Shown piece by piece: positions 29,181-38,634 of a stretch of 64,000 nucleotides of DNA; the first letter of the stretch is position 1; each line of letters begins with the position of its first letter. The stretch is from an uncultured Candidatus Saccharibacteria bacterium (lineage in GTDB: Bacteria; Patescibacteriota; Minisyncoccia; Phycocordibacterales; UBA9973). The position numbers and the translations under genes were made by a program. The DNA lies in the NCBI GenBank assembly GCA_964404925.1, contig CAYOLW010000004.1, positions 8,894 through 72,893 of the forward strand, written 5' to 3'. A model generated the notes under the pieces. The model saw only the letters and a list, made by a program, of their open reading frames with translations. It ran no database searches and had not been told where the DNA came from.

Positions 29181-30404
29181 ATGCAAAATCCTTTTCAAGA
29201 AAAAAAATGGGTGGTAGGTGGAGTAGTCGTATTGATTTTTCTATTTTTTGTTTTTGGAACTTATATAGGTAGCAGATATTCAGCACAGGTTGAAAAATTT
29301 GTTCCATTGTCCACTCTTAGTTCTGACGCTAAAACAGATGTAGATTTCTCTTCGTTCTGGAAAGTTTGGAATGCCATCGACGAGAAATACCCAGGAGCTT
29401 CTGAAATATCAGACCAAGAGAGAGTTTATGGTGCGATTAAAGGACTTGTAGGTTCAATCAAAGACCCATACAGTACTTTCTTTGACCCATACGAAACTGA
29501 GATATTTGAAGATGATATTGCTGGTAATTTCAGTGGTGTCGGTATGGAAGTTGGAATCAAAGACGGAATACTGACCGTTATTGCGCCACTAAAAGATACT
29601 CCCGCATATAAAGCAGGCATAAAATCTGGAGACAAAATATTGAAAATTGATAGTGAAATCACCAGTGACATGACCATCGATGAAGCGATTAAAAAAATCA
29701 GAGGTGAGAAAGGAACCGTTGTAACATTAACAATATTTAACGAGAATTCAGTAGAGCCAGAGGAAATAAAAATAACTCGAGATACAATTAATGTACCTAC
29801 CTTAGATACAGAATTGCGCAAAGATGGCATTTTCGTGATTAAACTCTATAGTTTCTCTGCTAATTCTGCTAATTTATTCCGTGAAGCAATTAAAGAATTC
29901 GTTGATTCCAAGAGTGATAAATTACTACTTGATTTACGAGGTAATCCGGGTGGATATCTAGACTCTGCTGTTGATATGGCGTCTTGGTTTTTGGATAACG
30001 GCAAGGCTGTGGTGATAGAAGATTATGGAGAGAATTCAGAGCAGCATAAATTTAGAAGTAGCGGATACGATATTTTTAATGAAAACCTAAAATTCGTTAT
30101 ATTGGTTGACGGTGGTTCAGCTTCGGCTTCAGAGATATTGGCGGGTGCAATGCAGGACTATAAGAAGGCCAAGGTAGTTGGTACTAAAACATACGGCAAA
30201 GGATCTGTTCAGGAAGTGTTAGATGTGACCAATGATACTATTTTTAAAGTGACTGTGGCTAAATGGCTCACCCCTAATGGTAACTCAATTTCAGAAAAAG
30301 GCCTGACCCCAGACTATGAGGTTAAACTAACCGCAGAAGACGTTAAGAACAAAAACGACAAGCAACTGGACAAAGCTGTAGAACTTCTGCTAAATTGGAA
30401 ATAA
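29181..30404 (+). CDS. ctpA: Carboxyl-terminal processing protease (S41, CtpA/Prc-like) with PDZ domain
   Basis: FSGVGMEVG, PDZ region, LLLDLRGNPGGYLDSAV S41 signature. Confidence 0.88.
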   Translation: MQNPFQEKKWVVGGVVVLIFLFFVFGTYIGSRYSAQVEKFVPLSTLSSDAKTDVDFSSFWKVWNAIDEKYPGASEISDQERVYGAIKGLVGSIKDPYSTFFDPYETEIFEDDIAGNFSGVGMEVGIKDGILTVIAPLKDTPAYKAGIKSGDKILKIDSEITSDMTIDEAIKKIRGEKGTVVTLTIFNENSVEPEEIKITRDTINVPTLDTELRKDGIFVIKLYSFSANSANLFREAIKEFVDSKSDKLLLDLRGNPGGYLDSAVDMASWFLDNGKAVVIEDYGENSEQHKFRSSGYDIFNENLKFVILVDGGSASASEILAGAMQDYKKAKVVGTKTYGKGSVQEVLDVTNDTIFKVTVAKWLTPNGNSISEKGLTPDYEVKLTAEDVKNKNDKQLDKAVELLLNWK

Positions 30405-30405
30405 T

Positions 30406-30849
30406 ATGAAGGTTATATTTTTAAAGGATGTGCCACGCGTGGGCAAACGACACGAAATTAAAGACGTAAATGACGGCTATGCTTTAAACTTCCTATTGCC
30501 TCGCAAACTGGTAGACATAGCTACACCAAAGGCCGTAGCAGAGCTTGAGACTAGAAAAAAAGAATTAATTGTTGAGAAAAAGGTGCAAGAAGATCTACTC
30601 AATAGAAACCTGGAAGAATTGAAAGGGAAGACCATTCACATGAAGGTTAAAGCCAACGACAAAGGAAGTCTATTCTCAGCTATACACAAAAAAGAAATCC
30701 TAGAAGCCATGCAGCGCGAGCACAAGGCTACCCTGTCAGCGGAATCAGTACTAATTGATAAACCCATAAAAGAAGTAGGAGAATTCGATGTCCCTGTTGA
30801 GGTAAATAAAAAGAAATCCTCTTTTAAGTTAATAATTGAGGCGCTATAG
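30406..30849 (+). CDS. rplI: 50S ribosomal protein L9
   Basis: MKVIFLKDVPRVGKRHEIKDVNDGYALNFLLPRKLV is the canonical L9 N-terminus. Confidence 0.9.
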   Translation: MKVIFLKDVPRVGKRHEIKDVNDGYALNFLLPRKLVDIATPKAVAELETRKKELIVEKKVQEDLLNRNLEELKGKTIHMKVKANDKGSLFSAIHKKEILEAMQREHKATLSAESVLIDKPIKEVGEFDVPVEVNKKKSSFKLIIEAL

Positions 30850-30911
30850 ATTATTCTGTAACTGGTTGCGCATAAAAATAAAAACAAGGAAATCACTTAA
30901 AACAAAAAAAA

Positions 30912-30937
30912 TCCCCGTTAAGGGGACTTTTATTTTT
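30912..30937. terminator. Bidirectional rho-independent terminator shared by rplI (+) and rpmA (-)
   Basis: tcccc-gttaa-gggga hairpin flanked by an A-run (upstream) and a T-run (downstream). Confidence 0.65.
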
Positions 30938-30970
30938 AACAATAAGCCTGCCTGCCAGTAGGCAAGGAAT

Positions 30971-31246
30971 TTATGCTTTAACGTTTACTACTTTGTTTAC
31001 CTTGTTTCGTCCGTTGAATGAAGTCTTGCGTCTTGAGCCGAATTTAACAGTACCAGATTTAAGCGCAAAGAGCGTGTGGTCCTTACCCATAGCTACATTT
31101 TCTCCAGCTAGTATCTTGGTACCACGTTGTCGAACGATTATAGATCCAGGCTGAGCTTTCTGGCCGTCAGCAAGTTTAGTACCTAGGTACTTTGGATTCG
31201 AGTCTCTTAAGTTTTTGGCGGTTCCGCCGGCTTTACGTGTTGCCAT
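30971..31246 (-). CDS. rpmA: 50S ribosomal protein L27
   Basis: [24 protein letters not shown]...[16 protein letters not shown]...TLFAL L27 blocks. Confidence 0.9.
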   Translation of the reverse strand: MATRKAGGTAKNLRDSNPKYLGTKLADGQKAQPGSIIVRQRGTKILAGENVAMGKDHTLFALKSGTVKFGSRRKTSFNGRNKVNKVVNVKA

Positions 31247-31294
31247 GTGTATTTATTGATATAATTAATTAGTGGGTAAAGTATACCCGAATAT

Positions 31295-31678
31295 ATGGAA
31301 AAAATCAAGCAATTCATACAAAGTGACACCGGCAAAGACATTCTAATAATATTAATAGTTATATTGGTTGGGCTGGCAGCTTTTATATTGGGCCGCATAT
31401 CAGCGCAGAATACTGGAATAAACATACAGTATAATAATATACCTGCTTCTGCGGCCGCAGGAGGCCAAGAGGCGAGTAGGTTCCTAGAAATGAACCCAAG
31501 CCTCAATCGAACTACCAGTACCGCAGACAAGGCCTTTTTTGCCTCTAAAAAGGGTCAGAAATATTATCCGCTAGATTGCGGCGCTGGAAAGAATATTAAG
31601 CCAGAAAATAGGATTTATTTTAAAGATAATAATTCCGCAGAATCTGCTGGGTACGAACTATCGACGGCCTGTGATTAG
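31295..31678 (+). CDS. Membrane-anchored hypothetical protein with C-terminal Ada-like zinc-binding motif
   Basis: N-terminal TM. C-terminal KYYPLDCGAGKNIKPENRIYFKDNNSAESAGYELSTAC resembles the YH..dC....I...NR..F.s...A...GY..C..C metal-binding domain pattern. Confidence 0.45.
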   Translation: MEKIKQFIQSDTGKDILIILIVILVGLAAFILGRISAQNTGINIQYNNIPASAAAGGQEASRFLEMNPSLNRTTSTADKAFFASKKGQKYYPLDCGAGKNIKPENRIYFKDNNSAESAGYELSTACD

Positions 31679-31714
31679 GGTAGAAGTATTAATTAATATA
31701 TTAAAATAATAATA

Positions 31715-31740
31715 CAGGGCCTTGTGAGCCCTGCATCTTT
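31715..31740 (+). terminator. Rho-independent terminator
   Basis: cagggc-cttgtga-gccctg hairpin, then catctttat. Confidence 0.55.
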
Positions 31741-31813
31741 ATAAAGATATACGTCGCACAATATATCTTGGTACAACACCAATTAGGCTGGGGTCATAAT
31801 ATATAAGGTCTAA

Positions 31814-31963
31814 TTACCAAACGCTCCAGAATAGGTTTTGTAGCCAATTCCAGATACCAGTAAACGTTAGTCCGTAATATTTCATTACTAATAAAACAAT
31901 TACGATAACTACGATTAGTTCCAGAAATCCCCCTTGCTGATTTTTAAAATTTTTATTAATCAT
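31814..31963 (-). CDS. Small single-TM peptide (49 aa), hypothetical, 16 bp downstream of the M23 peptidase gene
   Basis: Manual translation: MINKNFKNQQGGFLELIVVIVIVLLVMKYYGLTFTGIWNWLQNLFWSVW. Below the track cutoff. Confidence 0.3.
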   Translation of the reverse strand: MINKNFKNQQGGFLELIVVIVIVLLVMKYYGLTFTGIWNWLQNLFWSVW

Positions 31964-31978
31964 ATTCATAATATTAAG

Positions 31979-33280
31979 CTAATTTTTATATGGTGGCAAA
32001 TACAACATTGGGTCCAAGTATGCATTTGTAGCGGCCAAGGGTTGGGTCAAGGTCTTACCCGAGCATGACTTGCTAGGAAAAGTTTTAACTTCGGCTGCGT
32101 GTGGAGCGTATATTGTTAAGTGTAAGTGTGGACCCGTTACGTGACCTGTGGCACCAGAATACGCAATAATCTGACCTCTTGATACACGATCACCAACAGA
32201 AACCTTAGATAAAGATAAGTGCCCATAGGTACTAGCCAACCCATTGTTGTGTTCAATAAAAACCCATTTACCGAACGATGCTCCAGGACAAGTCTGATCT
32301 GTGTCACCAACACCAGATACCACTCCATCAGCAACAGATTTAATTGGTGTACCCACAGAAGCTCTAAAGTCGACACCGCTATGACTACCTGAAGCATATA
32401 AACGTTTGGCATCTACAGTTTTACCAAAGAGTTGAGTTATGTATACATCATCAACCGGCCAAGACAACACTCCAGGGCCCGGTAAACTTTTTGGATCTAG
32501 GATAAATTTTATTTTAGATTCATAGTTTCGTATATCTGCTTCTAATGCATTTTTTTTGGCGATCTGGTCTTTGACCAGTTTTTGATAATTAGCCTCATTA
32601 TTTTTTGTTTTCTTTAGCAAATCATTTTTTTCTTTGGTGTTTTGTTCAACTATTTTTTTCTGGTCAGCTAATTCATTTTTAAGTTCACTCAATTCATTTC
32701 TGGCTATGGTCGCTGCGTCTCTTGAACCTACTAACTCGTTTTTTACCAACTTCAACTTCCCTATTTGGTTTATGATTTTTTCTCTAACAGAAGTTATGTT
32801 GTCTATGTCGTTCCAGATAGAAGTAAAATCCGTGTGGTTGATAATAGTACTAACCAATACTCCATCCGAATCCAGTTCATTTATTGAACGCAAGCTAATT
32901 GCAACCGCTTCCTTGTTGTTTAAAATAGATTTTTCTTTCTTGCCTATATCAACATTCAGATTAGAGATCTGAAAATTTGTCTTCTCTATTTTCTTTTGGG
33001 TCAGGTTAATATCAGCTGCAAGTTTCTTGCGGTTAATATCAAGCTGTTTTAGTTGATTTGCTAGGGTGTCTTTTTGTGCGCCAATACTGCTTAGTTCTTT
33101 TTGGTAAGCTTTGATTTCTTGTTCAATTTTGCTTATTTCGGAGCTATTCTGATCTATCTTTTGCTGTAATTCATCCAACGTTTGAGCTTGAACATAAAAA
33201 GCTACAAGCAAAAATACGCCCAAGAATGCAGCCTTGGCGAATTTATGCAATTGCTTTTTGTAATCTGCGGATTGTTTCAT
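31979..33280 (-). CDS. M23 family metallo-endopeptidase with N-terminal coiled-coil (EnvC/lysostaphin-like murein hydrolase)
   Basis: Signal peptide, long coiled-coil, HSGVDF...G...GHLS...ATGHVTGPHLHL M23 motifs. The start overlaps the gltX stop by 38 nt; a TTG at 33250 would reduce the overlap to 8 nt. Confidence 0.88.
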   Translation of the reverse strand: MKQSADYKKQLHKFAKAAFLGVFLLVAFYVQAQTLDELQQKIDQNSSEISKIEQEIKAYQKELSSIGAQKDTLANQLKQLDINRKKLAADINLTQKKIEKTNFQISNLNVDIGKKEKSILNNKEAVAISLRSINELDSDGVLVSTIINHTDFTSIWNDIDNITSVREKIINQIGKLKLVKNELVGSRDAATIARNELSELKNELADQKKIVEQNTKEKNDLLKKTKNNEANYQKLVKDQIAKKNALEADIRNYESKIKFILDPKSLPGPGVLSWPVDDVYITQLFGKTVDAKRLYASGSHSGVDFRASVGTPIKSVADGVVSGVGDTDQTCPGASFGKWVFIEHNNGLASTYGHLSLSKVSVGDRVSRGQIIAYSGATGHVTGPHLHLTIYAPHAAEVKTFPSKSCSGKTLTQPLAATNAYLDPMLYLPPYKN

Positions 33281-34706
33281 CTTTGCCTAAAACTGCAGCA
33301 ATAATAAATGGGTCTGGTGATCGATCTTGTCCCGAAAGCGCAAAACGAATCGGGTGCAGACATTCTCCACGTGAAGGCAAAGTATCAGCATATTCCATTA
33401 ATTTTTCTTTCACTACAACATAGATAAAATTATTGCTATCTACCGAACTTAGAATTTTAATAGATTCAGTCAGGTTAGCAATTATCTGCTTTGCGTCTGT
33501 GTTTTTGAAAAGTAACTTTTCTTTGTCATATACAGGTTCCTTAAGAACAAAATCAAATTCCCCTGCCCTTGACAACTCGGCAACTTGTATGCCTTTTGAA
33601 ATACGTTCCGAAACCATAAGTGCCAGCCTTTTTAATCTATCAATTGGCAAATTTTTAAATTGATCGGGTAAATATTCAATAACAAAATATTCCAAATTTT
33701 GATGGGAAAGTTTCTTTAAATGTTCTTTATTCACCCAATCAAGCTTCTGTTCATTCCACTGAGAACCAGATTGTCCAATTCTTGCTATATCAAAAGCATT
33801 AACTAATTCTTCACGAGTAAATATTTCTTGTTCTGTACCATCTGCGTGGGCCTTAGGATGCCATCCCTGCAAAGCCAAGTAGTTAATCATACCTTCAGGC
33901 ACATAACCTTCTTTTTCATAATCCAATAAATCCTTGGCACCATCACGTTTACTCAATTTCTTTTTACCATCTGGGCCCAGTATGGTTGGCAAGGTGGCAA
34001 AAACTGGTGGTGTGTATCCTAAAGCTTCATACAAAGCTAGGAATTTTGGTGTTGAAGAAATAAATTCTTGACCACGCATTATATGGGTCACTTTCATTTC
34101 TATATCATCTACAATGTGAGCAAAGTTATAAGTAGGATAACCATCACTTTTTATGATAATAAAATCATCCAATGCCTCAGGACCAGCTGAAAGGTCACCA
34201 AAAACAACATCATGCCAATGAGATGTTTTGATTTCAGGTATTCTAAAACGAAGAGGTTTCTTGCCATCCCATGCTTCAATACTTTCTTTACGATATTCTC
34301 TATATAAAAATGGACGCTTCTCTGCTTCTGCTTTTTGTCTCAATATTTCAACTTCGTCTTCAGTAAACGGATCTGGGTAAGCAAAACCTGATTCGATTAG
34401 TTTGAGCGCATACTTTTTATAGATATCAAGCCTTTCTGATTGTATATATGATCCATCTGGGCCACCAATGTCTGGACCGTAATCCCAATTAAGCCCCAAC
34501 CATTTTAGAGATTTTTGAATATGTTCTATCGAACCAGCAACTTCCCTTTCTTTATCAGTGTCTTCAATACGAAGTATAAATTTACCATTATTTTTCCTAG
34601 CCCAAAGCCAAGAAAATAATGCAGTTCGCACACCCCCGACGTGCATGAATCCGGTTGGGCTTGGGGCAAAACGAGTAATTACTTCTTTTTTATCTCCTTG
34701 TTCCAT
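33243..34706 (-). CDS. gltX: Glutamyl-tRNA synthetase
   Basis: RFAPSPTGFMHVGGVRTALFSW (HIGH region), KLSKR (KMSKS), 487 aa. Confidence 0.92.
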   Translation of the reverse strand: MEQGDKKEVITRFAPSPTGFMHVGGVRTALFSWLWARKNNGKFILRIEDTDKEREVAGSIEHIQKSLKWLGLNWDYGPDIGGPDGSYIQSERLDIYKKYALKLIESGFAYPDPFTEDEVEILRQKAEAEKRPFLYREYRKESIEAWDGKKPLRFRIPEIKTSHWHDVVFGDLSAGPEALDDFIIIKSDGYPTYNFAHIVDDIEMKVTHIMRGQEFISSTPKFLALYEALGYTPPVFATLPTILGPDGKKKLSKRDGAKDLLDYEKEGYVPEGMINYLALQGWHPKAHADGTEQEIFTREELVNAFDIARIGQSGSQWNEQKLDWVNKEHLKKLSHQNLEYFVIEYLPDQFKNLPIDRLKRLALMVSERISKGIQVAELSRAGEFDFVLKEPVYDKEKLLFKNTDAKQIIANLTESIKILSSVDSNNFIYVVVKEKLMEYADTLPSRGECLHPIRFALSGQDRSPDPFIIAAVLGKDETIRRLQKAIA

Positions 34707-34742
34707 AAGGAGAATTTTAGCATGCTTTTAGAAAAATATGAA

Positions 34743-35078
34743 TTAGCGAACTTTACTACCAGGAGGTACTGCTTTACTAGGCGCTAGTATTACAGCATTG
34801 TCATCTAAATCAGATGCAGCCAAAATCATTCCGTTTGAAATTTCTCCTCGCATTGTACGTGGCTCTAGATTTAAGATAACTGGAATTTGTTTACCAACAA
34901 GTACACTTGGGTCTGGGTACACAGCAGCAATACCTGATAATACCTGACGTTCTTCGCCGCCGCCGATATCAAAAATAAGTTTCAGTAATTTATCTGAGTT
35001 CTCTAATTTATCTGCCTTGAGCACTGTACAAATGCGTATATCAATTTTAGCAAAATCATCAATGGTTATTTTTTCCAT
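34743..35078 (-). CDS. tRNA-binding protein (CsaA/Trbp111/MetRS C-terminal-like EMAP domain)
   Basis: 111 aa with the OB-fold tRNA-binding domain pattern IDIRICTVLKADKLENSDKLLKL..GGEERQVLSGIA. Confidence 0.75.
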   Translation of the reverse strand: MEKITIDDFAKIDIRICTVLKADKLENSDKLLKLIFDIGGGEERQVLSGIAAVYPDPSVLVGKQIPVILNLEPRTMRGEISNGMILAASDLDDNAVILAPSKAVPPGSKVR

Positions 35079-35096
35079 ATTTGGTATAAGTAATTT

Positions 35097-36239
35097 TTAA
35101 TTCTCGTGAGAGAGTGCTATATCAACGATAACTCGAGCTATTTTAGCGGCAGCGTTGGGGTGATAGAAAGCCTTAGCGGACTTTGCCATATATTGCCAGG
35201 TTTCTTTGTCGCGCATAATTCTTTCAATTTCAGCTATTAGAATATTGGCTGTTAGATTTTCTTCTTCTACTACACTCGCCGCACCAGCTCGAGCATAGGC
35301 AAAAGCATTTTTCTTGGCATGAATAGCTAGTGAACCTACTTTCTCTGGTGAGAAAGGAATAATTATAGACGGTATACCCCAAGCCGCAATTTCAAATATA
35401 GTTGACCCTGCTCTTGATATGATCAAGTCACAAGCTCCGGCCGCATTTTGCATTTGTAATGCATTTAGATAATCAATCGGCATGTAGCGAGATTTATTTT
35501 TATTTTCTGCCAATATTACATCTGCTCTGCCTTGTACCATTTTAAAGTTTTTTACTCCTGTTTGATGAATTATCTGATACTTTTCGAGTAAACGAGGTAA
35601 TGCATCAACAATAGTATGGTTGATCTGTTCAGCTCCTTGTGAACCTCCTAAAATAAACAGCGTCGGCAATGAAGACTCAAGTTTAAAATATTCTAATGAT
35701 TTATCTTTTGGGGCTGGGGTCTCTATTTCACTCCTGACTGGTTGACCTGTCCAAGCTACTTTGTCTTTAGGGAAAAATTCCGCAGCGTCTGGGTAAGATA
35801 CAGCAATTTTTTTAGCAAATTTACCTGACCATAGATTCATCTTACCAGGTGATGAGTCTGACTCATGGATAACTACCGGAATATTTAGTAACCTAGCAGC
35901 AAAAACTGTGGGAAATGATGCATAGGCGCCCTTACTGAAAACAACATCTGGGTAAATAGAAAAAACTTTAATGATTGCTTTGAAGGTTCCAAAAGCTATT
36001 TTAAAAACATCAATAAAATTCTTGAAAGAAAAATACGTGCGTATCTTGCCTGTATTTATTTCCATGAATTTAAGTCCGTGTTCAAATAAAACTTCTCGAT
36101 CATACGGATTATCGGAAGCATAATACAGCTCCACACCTACGATATTTTCTGCATCGATAATTTTATTCACTTGCTCAGCTACAGCCACAATTGGAGTAAA
36201 GTGACCACCAGTTCCACCACCCGTAAATATTATTTTCAT
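35097..36239 (-). CDS. murG: Lipid II synthase MurG (UDP-GlcNAc:undecaprenyl-PP-MurNAc-pentapeptide GlcNAc transferase)
   Basis: FTGGGTGGHFTPIVAV N-terminal G-loop and a GT28 C-terminal domain. Confidence 0.88.
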   Translation of the reverse strand: MKIIFTGGGTGGHFTPIVAVAEQVNKIIDAENIVGVELYYASDNPYDREVLFEHGLKFMEINTGKIRTYFSFKNFIDVFKIAFGTFKAIIKVFSIYPDVVFSKGAYASFPTVFAARLLNIPVVIHESDSSPGKMNLWSGKFAKKIAVSYPDAAEFFPKDKVAWTGQPVRSEIETPAPKDKSLEYFKLESSLPTLFILGGSQGAEQINHTIVDALPRLLEKYQIIHQTGVKNFKMVQGRADVILAENKNKSRYMPIDYLNALQMQNAAGACDLIISRAGSTIFEIAAWGIPSIIIPFSPEKVGSLAIHAKKNAFAYARAGAASVVEEENLTANILIAEIERIMRDKETWQYMAKSAKAFYHPNAAAKIARVIVDIALSHEN

Positions 36240-37345
36240 AGTTTTTTTGTTTGAAATTTTGATATTTGTAGCACAATACCAACAGCAGCCAAATCAATCA
36301 TTAACGAAGTTCCTCCGTGACTCATAAAAACAAGTGGTACTCCTGTCAGTGGGAAAACACCAATAACCGAAGCAATATGTAAAAACGACTGTGCTCCGAT
36401 CAGTATAACAATTCCAAATACTAAAAGTCTACTGAAAGGATCTGGAGAATGGTTCGCTATTGATACACCTTTTAATATAAATGCCAGGTATAAAAGTATA
36501 ATAATAATACTTCCAACAAAGCCAAGTTCCTCCCCCACCACAGCAAAAACCGAGTCTCCTTGGGGTTCAGGTAGGTAGCTGAATTTCTGAATACTTTGTC
36601 CGTAGCCACGACCGAACACTCCACCTGATCCAATGGCAATCATGGACTGTTGTATTTGATACGAGGCACCTCTGGCATCACCAGATGGGTCTATAAAAGT
36701 CTTAACTCTTTTCTGGAGGTATGGGGTTACTGAAACAACAATACCGAGCATTACAACAGCCAACACACCCATGCCTAATATATATTTCATCCGAACCCCT
36801 GAGGCAAAAAGCATACATAACCCCGTTATGCTTATTAGAATAAAGCTTTTAGTGTCAGGTTGTTTCAACAAAACAAAGGCAATTATAGAAAGTAAAATAG
36901 CAAAAGGTAGAATACCGAATTTAAAATCTTCAACTTTATGTTTGGCCCAAGATAACCAAGCTGCAAAATAAATAATGAAACCAAATTTAAGTATCTCAAC
37001 TGGCTGAAACGAAACTGGACCCAAATCAATCCAACGCTGAGCACCGCCATGCGACATCCCTAACCCTGGAATAAAAACAGCTGCCGTCAGCAGAATAGAA
37101 CCTAGCAATATCCAAAAAGCATTTTTACGCCAAAATTTAAAATCTATTTTGTAAGCCAAGTACATCCCTACCATACCCATGCCGAGACCCATCACTAGCT
37201 GACTGATTAAAACATTGTAAAAGGTTTTTTCACTTTTAGGTAATATACCCAAAGTAGCTGAAACAAAAACCGCCACCCCAGTAATAAGTAAAATTAATGT
37301 TAAGACAAGAAAAAATTTATCTACTTTTATTTTTTTTTGGGACAT
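36236..37345 (-). CDS. ftsW: SEDS family peptidoglycan glycosyltransferase (FtsW/RodA)
   Basis: 10-TM SEDS protein with a QPVEILKF..IIYFAAWL block. Sits between mraY and murG, the FtsW position. Confidence 0.8.
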   Translation of the reverse strand: MSQKKIKVDKFFLVLTLILLITGVAVFVSATLGILPKSEKTFYNVLISQLVMGLGMGMVGMYLAYKIDFKFWRKNAFWILLGSILLTAAVFIPGLGMSHGGAQRWIDLGPVSFQPVEILKFGFIIYFAAWLSWAKHKVEDFKFGILPFAILLSIIAFVLLKQPDTKSFILISITGLCMLFASGVRMKYILGMGVLAVVMLGIVVSVTPYLQKRVKTFIDPSGDARGASYQIQQSMIAIGSGGVFGRGYGQSIQKFSYLPEPQGDSVFAVVGEELGFVGSIIIILLYLAFILKGVSIANHSPDPFSRLLVFGIVILIGAQSFLHIASVIGVFPLTGVPLVFMSHGGTSLMIDLAAVGIVLQISKFQTKKL

Positions 37346-38403
37346 TACTTGCTAATAATAGATAAAATAATTCCTAAAATAGCGAATACAATGGATAAAA
37401 TCCAATAACGCATTGTAATTTTGTAGGTAGGCCAACCGACTGCTTCAAAATGATGATGTAGTGGTGCTACACGAAATACTTTTCTACCAAAGCGTTTAGC
37501 GATCATTTGTGCAGCAGAAGAAAAAGACGTGGCTGCAAGTGGTAATGCAATAATTGGCAGTAGAAATACAGTATCTGTCAGAAAAGCAAAGGTTGCTAAT
37601 ACAATGGTAAGAGGCATCATACCAGTCTCTCCCATATAGAACCTGGCGGGTGGAATATTAAACCATAAGAATGCTAGAGTCGCCCCGCTAATAACCCCAG
37701 CTAAAGCGGCCAGATCAACTTGATGGTTAGTGTAGGCAATAACTGCATACGCGCTAAAAATAGAAGCGAGAACACCGCCTGAGAGTCCATCAATACCATC
37801 AATAACCCCACCTGAAAAAGTGGCCAGCATTATAAAAACAACAAAAGGAATAAATAAAATGCCTAAGTGCCAATAACCATCCCACGGTATAGAAACTTGT
37901 TCCATCCCCAGTTTTACATAGAACCAATAGCCAGCAATAGCACCTGTAACGATAATTAATCCTAATTTTAATTTTGTATACCACGGTGTATTGCGAGTGA
38001 TGTAAGACCTACCAGTAATTTCAAGCACATCATCCAGTAAACCCAAAATAGCACCTAAAGCAAAAACACCTATTGGCACGTAGGTTTGAGCTCGACTTAA
38101 AAAATTAAGTTCACCAAAGAATAAATTGTCTTTCAAAACGATTGATAGTAAATAAAAGAAGAAAGTTGTTATCAAAACAGAGACCCAAACGATGATTCCA
38201 CCTACACACGGTGTCGAAACCTCACTTAGTTCTTTGGCTTTGTGTATCTTACTGAATTCACTAGAACTAACCGATTCGGTTCTAGCCTTCTTTTTCCACA
38301 TTTTGTATTTATAGAAATAGTGAGTGGCCAAAGGGGTTATAAAAATACCAAAGAAAAAGGCTACCGCGGTTGGTATCAGAATTTTCATTAAATCGAAAAG
38401 CAT
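37345..38403 (-). CDS. mraY: Phospho-N-acetylmuramoyl-pentapeptide transferase MraY
   Basis: Polytopic membrane protein with MraY DDxxD/N-type loops (LLDDVLEITG) and an HHHFE-like C-terminal motif (PLHHHFE). Confidence 0.8.
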   Translation of the reverse strand: MLFDLMKILIPTAVAFFFGIFITPLATHYFYKYKMWKKKARTESVSSSEFSKIHKAKELSEVSTPCVGGIIVWVSVLITTFFFYLLSIVLKDNLFFGELNFLSRAQTYVPIGVFALGAILGLLDDVLEITGRSYITRNTPWYTKLKLGLIIVTGAIAGYWFYVKLGMEQVSIPWDGYWHLGILFIPFVVFIMLATFSGGVIDGIDGLSGGVLASIFSAYAVIAYTNHQVDLAALAGVISGATLAFLWFNIPPARFYMGETGMMPLTIVLATFAFLTDTVFLLPIIALPLAATSFSSAAQMIAKRFGRKVFRVAPLHHHFEAVGWPTYKITMRYWILSIVFAILGIILSIISK

Positions 38404-38634
38404 TCTACGTATTATATGCTTAATAAAATAGATTTCAAAGCAAGCTTTGGGGCAATAAAATCTAGTTTTAAAAAACTTCTAATAAAAAACTGTGGATAAC
38501 CTACTATGCTCGTCCGGAAACCGTTGGGACACATAGATTTTTAGCTTCTTTGCATGGTTCTTTGGCACTATGGTAAGATTAATGCACAGAATATTTTTTT
38601 GTTGGTAGATTTATTATTAAAAGTTTAAAAAAAC

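Noticed and set aside
38520-38580. Possible NrdR boxes (cacatag / cactatg) upstream of nrdB
   Set aside because: They are only weakly palindromic. The centre-to-centre spacing is about 37 bp rather than the usual 31-32. I saw no NrdR gene in the window.
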